Under the pieces are notes generated by a model, which was not told where the DNA came from, did no database searches, and worked only from the letters and a program-made list of their open reading frames with translations. Positions 10,596 through 20,594 of a stretch of 64,000 bases of DNA are shown here, piece after piece; positions within the stretch are counted from its first letter, which is position 1; each line of letters begins with the position of its first letter. The stretch comes from a bacterium (GTDB lineage Bacteria > Patescibacteriota > CPR2 > UBA1875 > CAIMLA01). Location: positions 26,085 through 90,084 of the forward strand of contig JBAXUE010000001.1 of the NCBI GenBank assembly GCA_037129835.1. Reading direction: 5' to 3'. A program made the position numbers and the translations under genes.

Positions 10596-11213
10596 ATGAG
10601 TACGGAAATGACTACAGGAGGCAAGGACGCACTTGTGCGTATCTTGCCAAGTTGTGGTGGTACCATGAGCACAATGTGGCATCTAGCGCGAATGATTCGT
10701 GATAGCAAAAGTATGAATCTCCGAGAAATACTCGGCGGCCTACTCGATCATCCTGATTCGGCGGCGCTAGGGGAACTGGTAGAAACTTGCGAAAAAGTGA
10801 ATGACCTCATCGACATGGAGGGGGTAATAACCCACTTCGCAAGCTACGAACACCTGTCCAAGTTTGACACAGTTACGACAGTCGTCGCAGCTGAGCTTCC
10901 AGAAGAAGAGCAGACAATAGCGCACACACTTTTGCCGTTAACCCTTATACATGGGGGTTACTCATACGAGAATGACGACGTGTATTTGCCTATTTCTGGT
11001 CTTGTACAGATTGGCCCAAGCAACGGGACTCCGTATGCACATCTTGCTAGCGTGATCTGGCTAGAAGACGGTGGCCTGTCAGCTCGAATCATGTCAGAAC
11101 AAGCGGGAAACGGAGTCGTTGAAAGAGCGAGGAAGCTTAGCGGTCTAGACTACGGCAAAGCGCCTAGACTTACAAAGGCAACTATCGCTGCCAAAGAGGC
11201 TCTAAAGATGTAG
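10596..11213 (+). CDS. hypothetical protein (locally high GC, possible acquired gene)
   Basis: Strong SD aggaggtg 6 nt upstream of the ATG at 10596. GC is about 50% against about 36% in the flanks. Followed by an 11-bp GC hairpin. Confidence 0.45.
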   Translation: MSTEMTTGGKDALVRILPSCGGTMSTMWHLARMIRDSKSMNLREILGGLLDHPDSAALGELVETCEKVNDLIDMEGVITHFASYEHLSKFDTVTTVVAAELPEEEQTIAHTLLPLTLIHGGYSYENDDVYLPISGLVQIGPSNGTPYAHLASVIWLEDGGLSARIMSEQAGNGVVERARKLSGLDYGKAPRLTKATIAAKEALKM

Positions 11214-11239
11214 GCCGGCTTCCTTTCAGGAAGCCGGCC
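11213..11239. terminator. GC-rich hairpin between convergent genes (ggccggcttcc-tttca-ggaagccggcc)
   Basis: Perfect 11-bp stem, 5-nt loop. No strong U-tract on either strand. Confidence 0.45.
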
Positions 11240-11282
11240 TCAACCATATATTACAAACATTGTGGTTTGTAATTAAGATAGT

Positions 11283-12254
11283 TTAATTGGGGATTAGTTC
11301 TAAAATACTGTCAATAACAACTTGTGGTTGGTCAATATGAATATAGTGGTTGCTGTTTGGAACAATGATTTGTTTTCCGTTTTGAGAAATCTTTGAAAGA
11401 TTTTGCTGCCACTCTTTCCAAAAAGGCTCCACGTCAGCACTTCCTTTGGCTGTTAATACTGTTATCGGAATCACGCCAAAATTATTTGTTTTCCTTACTT
11501 CCTCAAAATTAATATTTGAATCGCTTACTTCTTTAGACCCTGCAATAAATTGTTTGGGGGTAACTATACCGGCAAGCAATAGCCTTGTGTCCGTAGGATA
11601 GGCATACATATTGGGGTTTATGGTCATTACTAGACGCACTAGTCCAGTATAAGAAGAAAAAACAAGAAGTTTTATATTTGCTTCGTAGATAATTTTATCA
11701 AGAAATGTAGGTTTGAAGGTGGCCATTTCCGGGACTGAAGAATCAACAAAAACCATTCCCGCAACTTTGGTTTTATTTTTATCCGTATAAAGTCTAATGT
11801 TAAAACCACCAAGCGAGTGACCAACAAGAATATATGGACTGGGGACATTTGCTGCGTTTAACAGGTTTTGTAACTCCTTAGCTACATCTAAATTATTATG
11901 TTTATTGTTTGTAGTGTCACTAAAGCCAATGCCAGCTCTGTCATAAGAGCAGACCTTAGTATACTTTGCTATATTTGGCTGAATTTTATACCAATCATAA
12001 TAATTGCCACCAGCACCTGATTCTAGTATCACGGTCGGCTTGCCATTGTTTTCGCCTGTACAATAAATGTGCATTTTATGACCATTTACATCGACTATTT
12101 GACCAGGAGGAGTAAGAGTTTTTGAATCGATATATTCTGAGACATTCTCGTAAATAAAACCAAACAACATTAAGCCCAAAACAATACATAGTACAATTAG
12201 AGCCACTTTCTTTGCTTTTTGAATAAAGGTCTTCTTGGTCTTCTTTTTGACCAT
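11283..12254 (-). CDS. alpha/beta-hydrolase fold protein, membrane-anchored
   Basis: GHSLGG nucleophile elbow and an N-terminal TM segment. Confidence 0.7.
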   Translation of the reverse strand: MVKKKTKKTFIQKAKKVALIVLCIVLGLMLFGFIYENVSEYIDSKTLTPPGQIVDVNGHKMHIYCTGENNGKPTVILESGAGGNYYDWYKIQPNIAKYTKVCSYDRAGIGFSDTTNNKHNNLDVAKELQNLLNAANVPSPYILVGHSLGGFNIRLYTDKNKTKVAGMVFVDSSVPEMATFKPTFLDKIIYEANIKLLVFSSYTGLVRLVMTINPNMYAYPTDTRLLLAGIVTPKQFIAGSKEVSDSNINFEEVRKTNNFGVIPITVLTAKGSADVEPFWKEWQQNLSKISQNGKQIIVPNSNHYIHIDQPQVVIDSILELIPN

Positions 12255-12257
12255 ATT

Positions 12258-13517
12258 TTAGTGCACCGAACAGGTTATGCAGGGGTCATACGCCCTGATC
12301 AGCATTTCTACCTGTCGATATAGTTCTTTATCATCAAGATTACCGAATTTTTCCATCATTTCATTGGCGTCTTCTTCTAGATTTACCAAACTTTGAACTG
12401 TAGGGGTGACGATGTCGTAATAGGTGATTATCCCGTTTTTATCAATTTTAACAGAGTGATACAAGGTTCCTCTTGGTGCTTCGATAGCCCCTACGCCAGC
12501 GCCAGCCTTTACTTTGAAGGGTACTCTTTTTGATAGTTTTTCATAAGTTATCGCATTTTCTAGATTGTTTATAGCTTCTTCTATGAGATGTACTATTTCT
12601 ATCGCTTGAGCGACATTATTGTGAAAAGAATTATATGTAGGAAGACTCTTGCCCCAGATTTCTCTAAGCGCATAAAGTGCTTTCGGATTTAGATTTTCAT
12701 GGTCGAGAGAAAGTCTGGCAAGAGCACCGACCATAAATCCACGGCCATCTCGTGTGCCATATTTTGTTGGTGAATCTTTCCTTATTTCTTCTTTAAAGGC
12801 GTAACCATAGTTCTCTATAGTAGAGACAAAATCTTGGTTTGATCTAATCTCATTTCCATCGAGATAAGTTAGTTTTCCATCTTTTTGAGTGGCTAGATAC
12901 TCAGTTTTTCTTTTAAGATTTGGATATTTGAAATTCGCAAAAAGCTCAACTGCTTCCATGGCTATTGGTAGAGAATTCTTTAGTTCTGTAATAAGATTCT
13001 TCAGGTCGTCTCTATCTGGCACAGATAAGAAACCTCCAACTACTGGGGCAACGGGATGAACTTCTCTGCCGCCGATACTAGCGACAACTTTATCCCCGAG
13101 TTTCTTCAGTCCTAGTGCAATCTTGTATATTTCAGGTCGTAATTGATGTAGTTCGATCGCGTTCACTACGCCCAAATAGTCGGGAAGTGCTAAGAAAAAA
13201 AGATGCAAAGCGTGAGACTGTATTATTTGCCCCGCCAGGAGAGCTTGTCTCAGACTGTTAATACGATTGTTAGTTTTGATATCAAAAGCCTGCTCGATTG
13301 CTTTAATAGAAACAAGAACATGAGCCGTCGGACAGACTCCGCATATTCTTGCGGTTATAAATGGCGCATCTTCATACGGCCTATCGAGAACAAGTTGCTC
13401 AAATAGTCTTTCGCCTTCATCGATAGTTAGCTTGGCTGAGCCGTTCTTATAATTCAAATTAAGATTACCGTGACCCTCGATCTTACAAATATAGTGTGAT
13501 AAAACAGATTCTTTCAT
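12258..13517 (-). CDS. hydA: [NiFe] hydrogenase large (alpha) subunit, group 3b-like
   Basis: N-terminal RICGVCPTAH and C-terminal DPCITCSVH Ni-Fe ligand motifs. About 419 aa. Confidence 0.9.
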   Translation of the reverse strand: MKESVLSHYICKIEGHGNLNLNYKNGSAKLTIDEGERLFEQLVLDRPYEDAPFITARICGVCPTAHVLVSIKAIEQAFDIKTNNRINSLRQALLAGQIIQSHALHLFFLALPDYLGVVNAIELHQLRPEIYKIALGLKKLGDKVVASIGGREVHPVAPVVGGFLSVPDRDDLKNLITELKNSLPIAMEAVELFANFKYPNLKRKTEYLATQKDGKLTYLDGNEIRSNQDFVSTIENYGYAFKEEIRKDSPTKYGTRDGRGFMVGALARLSLDHENLNPKALYALREIWGKSLPTYNSFHNNVAQAIEIVHLIEEAINNLENAITYEKLSKRVPFKVKAGAGVGAIEAPRGTLYHSVKIDKNGIITYYDIVTPTVQSLVNLEEDANEMMEKFGNLDDKELYRQVEMLIRAYDPCITCSVH

Positions 13518-13593
13518 TATTTTCCTATTGTTTCGTTCCCACTAAAGTGAAAACCATTTTTGATATTTTATTGTTTAATTATATATTGTTTTT

Positions 13594-13623
13594 GATACTT
13601 TTGTCAGTCGATACAAAAGTATC
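13594..13623. repeat. 11-bp perfect inverted repeat (gatacttttgt / acaaaagtatc) in the hydD-hydA intergenic gap
   Basis: Seen directly. Loop is 8 nt (cagtcgat). It lies within the 246-bp gap inside the hydrogenase operon. Confidence 0.4.
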
Positions 13624-13763
13624 CCAAAAATCTTTATTTATGCAGTGACCTGCGGGTCTCTGCAGTGTCTAGTTATCATTATAACTCTTTAAATATTTTT
13701 GCTAGTTAAGGTTCATCCAGTTGGATTTGTGATTTTGGAATATGGTGTGTATGTTAGCGTGGA

Positions 13764-14546
13764 TTATTTTTCCTTTAGATACAATTCTTTGTATTCATTT
13801 TGTTGACTCATAAACGATGCAAAAAGTTGTTCGGTTCGCTTTTTTCCAAATTTTGCTTCTAACATTTTTTTCATAGCTTGCTGGTTGCCACCTTCGAGAG
13901 CACCGAAACAACCCCAGCACCTGAGCCCCTTTGATGGGCAAGCGGCATCACATCCTCCTCTAGTGATGGGGCCGAGACAAGATTCGCCTTCAAGAAGTAG
14001 GCAGGTATTTTCGGCAGCCTTACACTCAAGACAGACCGGGTAGCGCTTATCGTCTGGTCTTTTGTTGATAAGAAACGCTCCTAGGAATCTCTCTAACTCG
14101 ACTGGACTGATAGGACATCCTGGCAATCTGTAGTCGACTTCAATGTAGTAGGAAAGCGGTCTTGGCGGTTTGCTGTTAGTCTTATATTTTGCGCCATACA
14201 CTTTTTCTATACCTTTTTTCCAGCCAGAAATGCCAATACTGCCTTGGATTCCTCCCAGGTCGGCACAGCTGCCCAGGGCAACAATGATTTTAGATGCTAC
14301 TCGGGCCTGTTTGACGGCTTCGATATCGCTTTCAGAAATAGGTGTGCCTTCAATAAAGGTAATATCAAAAGGTCCTGGATTGCTATTGTCGCTAGCAAGA
14401 CGCCAGTTTGCAAACTCTACTTGCCCAGCCAGGCTGGCAAGCTTTTCTCTGAAGCCGATAAACGCAAGTTCGCAGCCTTCGCAATCGGTCATATCGAAGA
14501 TTGCAATTTTGAGTTTTCTATTTAGATAATTCGCCTTTGTTTTCAT
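13764..14546 (-). CDS. hydD: [NiFe] hydrogenase small (delta) subunit
   Basis: DCEGCE proximal-cluster motif, plus C-terminal Cys clusters. Confidence 0.85.
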   Translation of the reverse strand: MKTKANYLNRKLKIAIFDMTDCEGCELAFIGFREKLASLAGQVEFANWRLASDNSNPGPFDITFIEGTPISESDIEAVKQARVASKIIVALGSCADLGGIQGSIGISGWKKGIEKVYGAKYKTNSKPPRPLSYYIEVDYRLPGCPISPVELERFLGAFLINKRPDDKRYPVCLECKAAENTCLLLEGESCLGPITRGGCDAACPSKGLRCWGCFGALEGGNQQAMKKMLEAKFGKKRTEQLFASFMSQQNEYKELYLKEK

Positions 14547-15376
14547 TATAAAAATGCTTCCCAGTTATCTTCTATCTGCGCGAGAGTAAATGTCGGCCCA
14601 TCTGTGCAAACATATAGCTTGCCACAAGTACAGTGTTGGCATTTACCAATCCCACATTTCATTCTTCGCTCAAACATAAGGTTGATATTTTCTTTTTTTA
14701 AGCCTTTTTTGATTAATACATCAGAGGTTGACTGATACATTATAGATGGTCCACAAATAATTACCGTAGCGTCTTTGGTTATTTCTACCTTTTTGACTAT
14801 ATCGGGGATAAATCCAGACAGACCTTGCCACTCTTTATCGGCCTTATCAACGGTAATATAGGTTTCGGCGATTTTATTCATTATGGCAAGTTCTCCCTTG
14901 AATAGGAGGTCGTCAGGGGTTTTTGCGCCATAAATAAATGTGAGTTTGCTTACCATGCTTTGGTTTTCTTTTATCTGGCGTACTATCGACATTAGGGGGG
15001 CTATGCCGATTCCTCCAGCGATTATTACAAGTTCTCTGCCGTAGATTTCCTGAAAACTAATATTATTCCCAAGGGGTCCTTTGATATATGCAGTATCTCC
15101 GATAGAGAGTCGGTTGATCGCAAAAGTATTATTTCCGACGCTTCTGACGGCGATTTCAAATTCTGGAAGTGATGATGGAGAAGTGGTGATAGTCAGCGGG
15201 GATTCCCCAAATCCAGGAATCGACACCATAATAAATTGGCCAGGCACAAAGGTAAAATCTCTACCATCAGCCGTCTCAGTAAACTTAAAGCGAATAGAGC
15301 GAACGCTCGGACTCTGGCCGTTCGTAGAGATAACTTCAACCTTTTTGTACTCTTTACTTTCGTTTGTCATTTTCAA
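14546..15376 (-). CDS. hydG: hydrogenase gamma subunit (FAD/NAD(P)-binding, PyrK-like, 2Fe-2S)
   Basis: Ferredoxin-NADP-reductase-like fold. C-terminal CGIGKCQHCTC 2Fe-2S motif. Confidence 0.8.
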   Translation of the reverse strand: MKMTNESKEYKKVEVISTNGQSPSVRSIRFKFTETADGRDFTFVPGQFIMVSIPGFGESPLTITTSPSSLPEFEIAVRSVGNNTFAINRLSIGDTAYIKGPLGNNISFQEIYGRELVIIAGGIGIAPLMSIVRQIKENQSMVSKLTFIYGAKTPDDLLFKGELAIMNKIAETYITVDKADKEWQGLSGFIPDIVKKVEITKDATVIICGPSIMYQSTSDVLIKKGLKKENINLMFERRMKCGIGKCQHCTCGKLYVCTDGPTFTLAQIEDNWEAFL

Positions 15377-16337
15377 TCAAGCTCTTTAATACTTTTCGAT
15401 AATTTATTCTCGCCGGGCAATATACGATGCATCTACCACAATCTACACAGCCAGGGAAGCCGTATTCACTGGGCATTCTGACGAATTTATGAAAATACCA
15501 ATTGTAGATTCTATCTTTGTGAGTATCCCGAAAATCTTTGAACGGCAAAGCTGCAAAATCCGGTAACATACAAGAATCCCAGCGTCTCTCTCTGCCACCC
15601 TTGATATCGTTTCCAACGTTACCAGTGATGTCGATGCGGTCTTCTTGCTCGTAGCAATAACAAAGCGGGCAAACATAACTACAAATACCGCAATTGAAGC
15701 AAACTTTTGCAAGTTCATCCCATACTTTTGAATTCCTAGATTTTTCGACTATTTCGGCTAATCTAGGATGAAAAAGTACATCATCGGGCATGTGTCTGGT
15801 TGAAATAGTTCCCACATCGCCTTCTTTCCCAAAAAGTGGGTTTCCTTCAATCAACGCTCCACCGTATTCGGTAAATGGATATGCAGACAAGTGCTCGGCA
15901 TCGACTAACTGTAGATATAAATCACAAGTAACGTTATTTGAAGGAGGTAGAGAATCTACTATAATCAGTTTCATATGTTTGCGTCTTTCAATATAGTGCT
16001 CTTCAGGGATTGGATGGTTATAGATTTCGTCCAAATAAAAAATTCCCTCCCCGTCTTTTTTGTTAACACCAAAAACGACAAAGTCTTTGTTTGAAGGGGG
16101 TAAAATTTCACCTTTTTCAAATTTCATCACATCTTCTTTGGCAGGGAAAAGATATTTTTTCGGCGGGATTACCGTTGGTCCGTATATCATAGAGTAATCT
16201 TTGGCACGACGAATTCTACCAAAGCGAAATCTTGTTTTTGTTCCTGTTTTATCCTCTATTGGGCCGTATACGGGCAAATTTTCAGCAATCTCTAGTATAA
16301 ATTTTCCGATATCTTTATTGTGTATTACAAGACTCAT
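15354..16337 (-). CDS. hydB: hydrogenase beta subunit (4Fe-4S)
   Basis: CFNCGICSYVCP and CVDCGRCIVYCP ferredoxin-type motifs. Confidence 0.8.
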   Translation of the reverse strand: MSLVIHNKDIGKFILEIAENLPVYGPIEDKTGTKTRFRFGRIRRAKDYSMIYGPTVIPPKKYLFPAKEDVMKFEKGEILPPSNKDFVVFGVNKKDGEGIFYLDEIYNHPIPEEHYIERRKHMKLIIVDSLPPSNNVTCDLYLQLVDAEHLSAYPFTEYGGALIEGNPLFGKEGDVGTISTRHMPDDVLFHPRLAEIVEKSRNSKVWDELAKVCFNCGICSYVCPLCYCYEQEDRIDITGNVGNDIKGGRERRWDSCMLPDFAALPFKDFRDTHKDRIYNWYFHKFVRMPSEYGFPGCVDCGRCIVYCPARINYRKVLKSLIENDKRK

Positions 16338-16708
16338 AGCGACATGACCTCATCGATGCGTTTTAACAGTTCTTTCATTTCGGTTTCCGACTTGATGATG
16401 AAGTCCTTTGCTCCGTGTTGCAAGGCTTTTTCCTTAATATTGCTATCCGATACCTCAGTTAATATCACGACATTTACAGAGCGGGTATGGTGATCGTTTC
16501 GAATTCTGTCCAGTATATGCAGACCATTGATCTTTGGCATCAGGATATCTAGAAGAACCAAATCAGGTTTTTCTTTATAGATTACATCAAGTGCTTCTTC
16601 CTCGTTACAGATTGCCGTCGCCGAATAACCCGCTGCATTTAATGTATCTTCGTATATTCTACAGACGTCTTTGTTGTTATCTACAATGATGATTCTAGCT
16701 TTTTTCAT
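16334..16708 (-). CDS. stand-alone response-regulator receiver domain (CheY-like)
   Basis: IIIVDN...LLDILMP...KDFIIK motifs. Stop overlaps the hydB start (ATGA). Confidence 0.75.
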   Translation of the reverse strand: MKKARIIIVDNNKDVCRIYEDTLNAAGYSATAICNEEEALDVIYKEKPDLVLLDILMPKINGLHILDRIRNDHHTRSVNVVILTEVSDSNIKEKALQHGAKDFIIKSETEMKELLKRIDEVMSL

Positions 16709-16779
16709 AGTTATTTCTCTATTAAATAGTTTAGCACGAACTAAGAAAACAATGAATAAATAATGTCATAAAAAAACTC

Positions 16780-16840
16780 TTGACACTCGGTATACCGGAG
16801 TGCTAATATATTTCTAGCACTCATACTTAAAGAGTGCCAA
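16780..16840 (+). promoter_or_regulatory. hrcA promoter (TTGACA-18-TAATAT) overlapping a CIRCE operator with an extra half-site
   Basis: GAGTGCTAA(16798-16806)-tatatttc-cTAGCACTC-atacttaaa-GAGTGCcAA(16832-16840). This matches the CIRCE consensus TTAGCACTC-N9-GAGTGCTAA. Confidence 0.8.
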
Positions 16841-16850
16841 AAGAGGGAAA

Positions 16851-17639
16851 ATGAATCTCAGACAAGAAGCTATTTTAGATGCAATCATTCGTGATTATGT
16901 TGAAACTGCGGAACCCGTAGGTTCTCTGAATCTTGGTGAAAAGTTTGATTTTCCTTTTTCTCCAGCAACAATTCGAGGTGAAATGGCTGAGCTCGAAAAG
17001 CTTGGGTATATTTCACAGCCACATACATCTGCGGGACGTGTTCCAACAGACAAGGGGTATCGGTACTTTGTAAATCTAATGGTCACCCAGACGAAGGCAC
17101 TTGCCAGACAAGATGAGCACGAAATCAAGCACAAGATGCTTGAGCAACACATGCGTTACGAGAAACTTATTGATCTAGCAGCCAAAACTCTAGCCGAAAG
17201 TACTGGCAATGTAGGAATCGTCGGAGTTTCTGGTTTGATATACTCTCATGGACTAGCCAATCTTTTTTCTCAACCAGAGTTTCAGGACTCAGACAATGCG
17301 GTTCGGGCAGCTGAAATACTCGATAGGATGCATGAGCTAGTTGCAGAGATTCCAAATGTCGTGAATCCGATAGTCTTTATCGGTAGCGAATCACCATTTA
17401 GCGCAGCCGCGGGTTGCTCACTAGTGGTTACAGGTTTTGAGACCCCATATAACACCATCGGTAGACTCGCAGTACTCGGACCTACAAGAATGGATTATGA
17501 AAAAGTAATCGCAGTTGTTGAGGAAATAAAGCAAATGCTAGAAGATTGGCAAAATAATAGTAAAGAATTGCCGAAAGTAACGAAGAAAACCACAGTTAAG
17601 AAGTATCGTTTGCAAGCCAAAAACAGAAAGGAGAAATAA
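16851..17639 (+). CDS. hrcA: heat-inducible transcription repressor HrcA
   Basis: N-terminal [26 protein letters not shown] upstream. Confidence 0.9.
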   Translation: MNLRQEAILDAIIRDYVETAEPVGSLNLGEKFDFPFSPATIRGEMAELEKLGYISQPHTSAGRVPTDKGYRYFVNLMVTQTKALARQDEHEIKHKMLEQHMRYEKLIDLAAKTLAESTGNVGIVGVSGLIYSHGLANLFSQPEFQDSDNAVRAAEILDRMHELVAEIPNVVNPIVFIGSESPFSAAAGCSLVVTGFETPYNTIGRLAVLGPTRMDYEKVIAVVEEIKQMLEDWQNNSKELPKVTKKTTVKKYRLQAKNRKEK

Positions 17640-18112
17640 TGGCAAAAAAAGAAAAAATAGTGAAAGAAGATCAACCAAAAGCAGAATTTGAGGAATTAAA
17701 AAGCCTACTTCAGCATACACAGGCAGATTTCGCGAATTACCGACGTCGTAACGAAGAAAACAAAGTTGATTTTGTAAAACATGCTACAAGCGACATCATA
17801 GAACAGATATTACCAGTTATGGACACTTTCGCACTTGCTGCTAAACACGTACCAAAAGAAATAGAAGGAATCTCGTGGGTTATGGGAGTTAGGGCGATCG
17901 AGAAACAACTAGAACAAACACTATTTGCAAATGGCCTATCCAGAGTAGAAACAGAGGGACAACAGTTCGATCCCAAGCTTTATGAAGCAATAGGCGAAGT
18001 GGAAGACAAAAATCAACCAGATGGGGTAATAACGAGTGAGGAATCACCGGGGTATTTGCTTCACGGCAAACTCATTCGACCAGCAAAAGTAATAGTAAAC
18101 AAGTTAAAATAA
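17639..18112 (+). CDS. grpE: nucleotide exchange factor GrpE
   Basis: GrpE-like sequence in the hrcA-dnaK context. TAATG overlap with hrcA. Confidence 0.85.
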   Translation: MAKKEKIVKEDQPKAEFEELKSLLQHTQADFANYRRRNEENKVDFVKHATSDIIEQILPVMDTFALAAKHVPKEIEGISWVMGVRAIEKQLEQTLFANGLSRVETEGQQFDPKLYEAIGEVEDKNQPDGVITSEESPGYLLHGKLIRPAKVIVNKLK

Positions 18113-18130
18113 CAAAACAAAGGAGAAAAA

Positions 18131-20044
18131 ATGGGTAAAATAATCGGAATCGATCTCGGTACAACTAATTCAGCTATGTCGGTAATGGAAGGTGCGGAGC
18201 CAAAAGTAATACCAAATGCAGAAGGCAATCGCACCACACCATCGATAGTGGCTGAATCAAAGAATGGTGAACGTTTGGCAGGACAGGTAGCGAAGCGTCA
18301 GGCTGTTATCAACTATGAAAATACTATATTTTCAGCAAAGCGCCTCATTGGACGTTCTTTTAATGACGAAGAAGTCAAAAAAGACATCGAACTTATGCCT
18401 TACAAGATTGTCAAAAGTGGCGCTGGGGTCAAAGTAAAGATGGGCGAAAAAGAGTATAGCCCTGCAGAGATTTCTGCAATGATCCTTGGTAAGCTAAAGA
18501 CTGATGCAGAAGCCTATCTCGGCGAGCCTGTGACGGAAGCAGTTATCACTGTTCCTGCTTACTTCAATGACGCTCAAAGACAGGCAACAAAAGATGCCGG
18601 TAAAATCGCCGGTCTAGATGTAAAGCGAATCATCAATGAGCCTACAGCCGCCGCTTTCGCTTATGGGCTAAACTCAAAGAAAGAAGAAAAGGTAGCAGTG
18701 TATGATCTTGGTGGCGGAACATTTGATGTTTCAATACTGGACATCGGAGACGGTATTATTGAGGTTTTGTCTACCAATGGTGACACTCACCTCGGCGGTG
18801 ATGACTTTGACCAAGAAATCATGAATTTCTTAGTTGATGAGTTCAAAAAAGAACAAGGAATCGACCTCAAGAGCGATACCGCTGCCCTTCAAAGACTCAA
18901 AGAAGCTGCTGAAAATGCCAAAATTGAATTATCTTCAAAGACTGAAACAGATATAAATATTCCATTTGTAACAGCCGATGCTAGTGGTCCAAAACACTTA
19001 AATATCAAGATGACTAGAGCGAAACTCGAAGGTATAGTAGAGACACTAATAAAGAAAACCCTAAAACCCTGTGAAGTTGCCCTTAAAGACGCTGGAATCA
19101 AAAAGACTGACATCAATGAGATTATTCTTGTTGGTGGTATGACTCGTATGCCAGCCGTCCAAGCTGCAGTTAAAGAATTCTTTGGTAAGGAGCCTTTGAA
19201 GGGAGTAAATCCTGACGAAGTAGTTGCTATCGGAGCAGGTCTCCAAGGCGGACAGCTTTCTGGTGATCTTAAGAACACAGATATCTTACTTTTAGATGTC
19301 ACACCATTGTCACTTGGTATTGAGACTCTTGGTGGAGTATCTACGAAGCTGATCGAGAAGAATACTACTATTCCGACAAGTGCTTCTCAAGTATTCTCAA
19401 CCGCTGCTGACAATCAAACAAGCGTAGAAGTTGTGGTTCTCCAAGGTGAACGCGAATTTGCTGCTGACAACAAATCACTAGGCAGATTTACTCTAGACGG
19501 TATTCCACCAGCACCTCGTGGTATCCCACAGGTTGAAGTTAAGTTTGATATCGATGCGAACGGTATTGTCCATGTAACAGCTACTGACAAAGCTACTAAC
19601 AAAGAGCAAAAGATTACCATCACAGCTTCTTCAGCTCTTACCGATGACGAAATTGATAAGATGCAAAAAGACGCAGAGGCTCATGCAGAGGAAGATAAGA
19701 CGCGCAAAGAGTTTGTTGACCTCAAAAATATGGCAGACGCGCTTGTTTACACAGCAGAAAAGACTCTTAAAGAGGCTGGAGATAAGGCTAAAGACGAGGA
19801 CAAAAAGGACGTTGAGGCCAAAGTCGAAGAGCTCAAGAAGGTCAAAGACGGTGATGACAAAGACGTAATTCAGAAGGCTTATGATGAATTGTCTGAGGCA
19901 ATTCAAAAAGTCGGAGCTTCTATGTATGCTCAGCCAGAAGAAGGGGCCGGAACTGACGAAAATACGTCAGAAGATGCCAAAACAGACGAACCTGTTGAGG
20001 GTGAAGTTGTTGAAGAAGAAAAGAAAGAAGATGACAAGAAATAA
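18131..20044 (+). CDS. dnaK: chaperone DnaK (Hsp70)
   Basis: [18 protein letters not shown] and IVLVGG signatures. 637 aa. Confidence 0.95.
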   Translation: MGKIIGIDLGTTNSAMSVMEGAEPKVIPNAEGNRTTPSIVAESKNGERLAGQVAKRQAVINYENTIFSAKRLIGRSFNDEEVKKDIELMPYKIVKSGAGVKVKMGEKEYSPAEISAMILGKLKTDAEAYLGEPVTEAVITVPAYFNDAQRQATKDAGKIAGLDVKRIINEPTAAAFAYGLNSKKEEKVAVYDLGGGTFDVSILDIGDGIIEVLSTNGDTHLGGDDFDQEIMNFLVDEFKKEQGIDLKSDTAALQRLKEAAENAKIELSSKTETDINIPFVTADASGPKHLNIKMTRAKLEGIVETLIKKTLKPCEVALKDAGIKKTDINEIILVGGMTRMPAVQAAVKEFFGKEPLKGVNPDEVVAIGAGLQGGQLSGDLKNTDILLLDVTPLSLGIETLGGVSTKLIEKNTTIPTSASQVFSTAADNQTSVEVVVLQGEREFAADNKSLGRFTLDGIPPAPRGIPQVEVKFDIDANGIVHVTATDKATNKEQKITITASSALTDDEIDKMQKDAEAHAEEDKTRKEFVDLKNMADALVYTAEKTLKEAGDKAKDEDKKDVEAKVEELKKVKDGDDKDVIQKAYDELSEAIQKVGASMYAQPEEGAGTDENTSEDAKTDEPVEGEVVEEEKKEDDKK

Positions 20045-20177
20045 GGTAATTTCGTACAAAATATTTGTCTAAAAGTTTTACTACTTTCAAGTATTTTGAA
20101 GCAAAATGAGTAATATAGTTATTCATCTTGAGGCTCGGGGAAGACTCCTCGAGCCAAATAGGTGAAGTAATGCAATC

Positions 20178-20190
20178 ATGACACGGACAG
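20178..20190. repeat. direct repeat ATGACACGGAcAG (left copy) flanking the GIY-YIG cassette
   Basis: 12/13 identical to 20577-20589. Confidence 0.5.
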
Positions 20191-20266
20191 GAAAATAAAA
20201 GCGTAAATTACTAAGTCCAAATAATATTAAACTGTCATTCCTGCGTATGCAGGAATCCACACAATT

Positions 20267-20557
20267 ATGAAAACATATTATGTCTACATTGTTACAAATA
20301 AAAAGAATGGTACACTGTATATTGGTGTGACCTCAAATCTCCCAAAAAGGATATTTGAACATAAACAAAAACTTGTGGACGGTTTTACTAAAAAGTATGG
20401 TTTAGATAAGTTGGTTTATTATTTAGAGACAAGTGACGTTAGTACAGCAATACAAAAAGAAAAACAAATGAAGAAATGGAAGCGCGAATATAAATTAAAT
20501 GTTATTAACGAATTGAATCCAACCTGGAAGGACTTATATATTGAAATTATCAAATAG
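20267..20557 (+). CDS. GIY-YIG nuclease family protein (small, UPF0213-like)
   Basis: YVYIVTN...GTLYIGVTSNLPKRIFEHK. Flanked by hairpins ATTCCTGc-gtat-gCAGGAAT (20237-20256) and ATTCCTGA-acagg-TCAGGAAT (20558-20578). Confidence 0.8.
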   Translation: MKTYYVYIVTNKKNGTLYIGVTSNLPKRIFEHKQKLVDGFTKKYGLDKLVYYLETSDVSTAIQKEKQMKKWKREYKLNVINELNPTWKDLYIEIIK

Positions 20558-20576
20558 ATTCCTGAACAGGTCAGGA

Positions 20577-20589
20577 ATGACACGGAGAG
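20577..20589. repeat. direct repeat ATGACACGGAgAG (right copy)
   Basis: Contains the dnaJ SD (GGAG). Matches 20178-20190. Confidence 0.5.
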
Positions 20590-20594
20590 TATAG

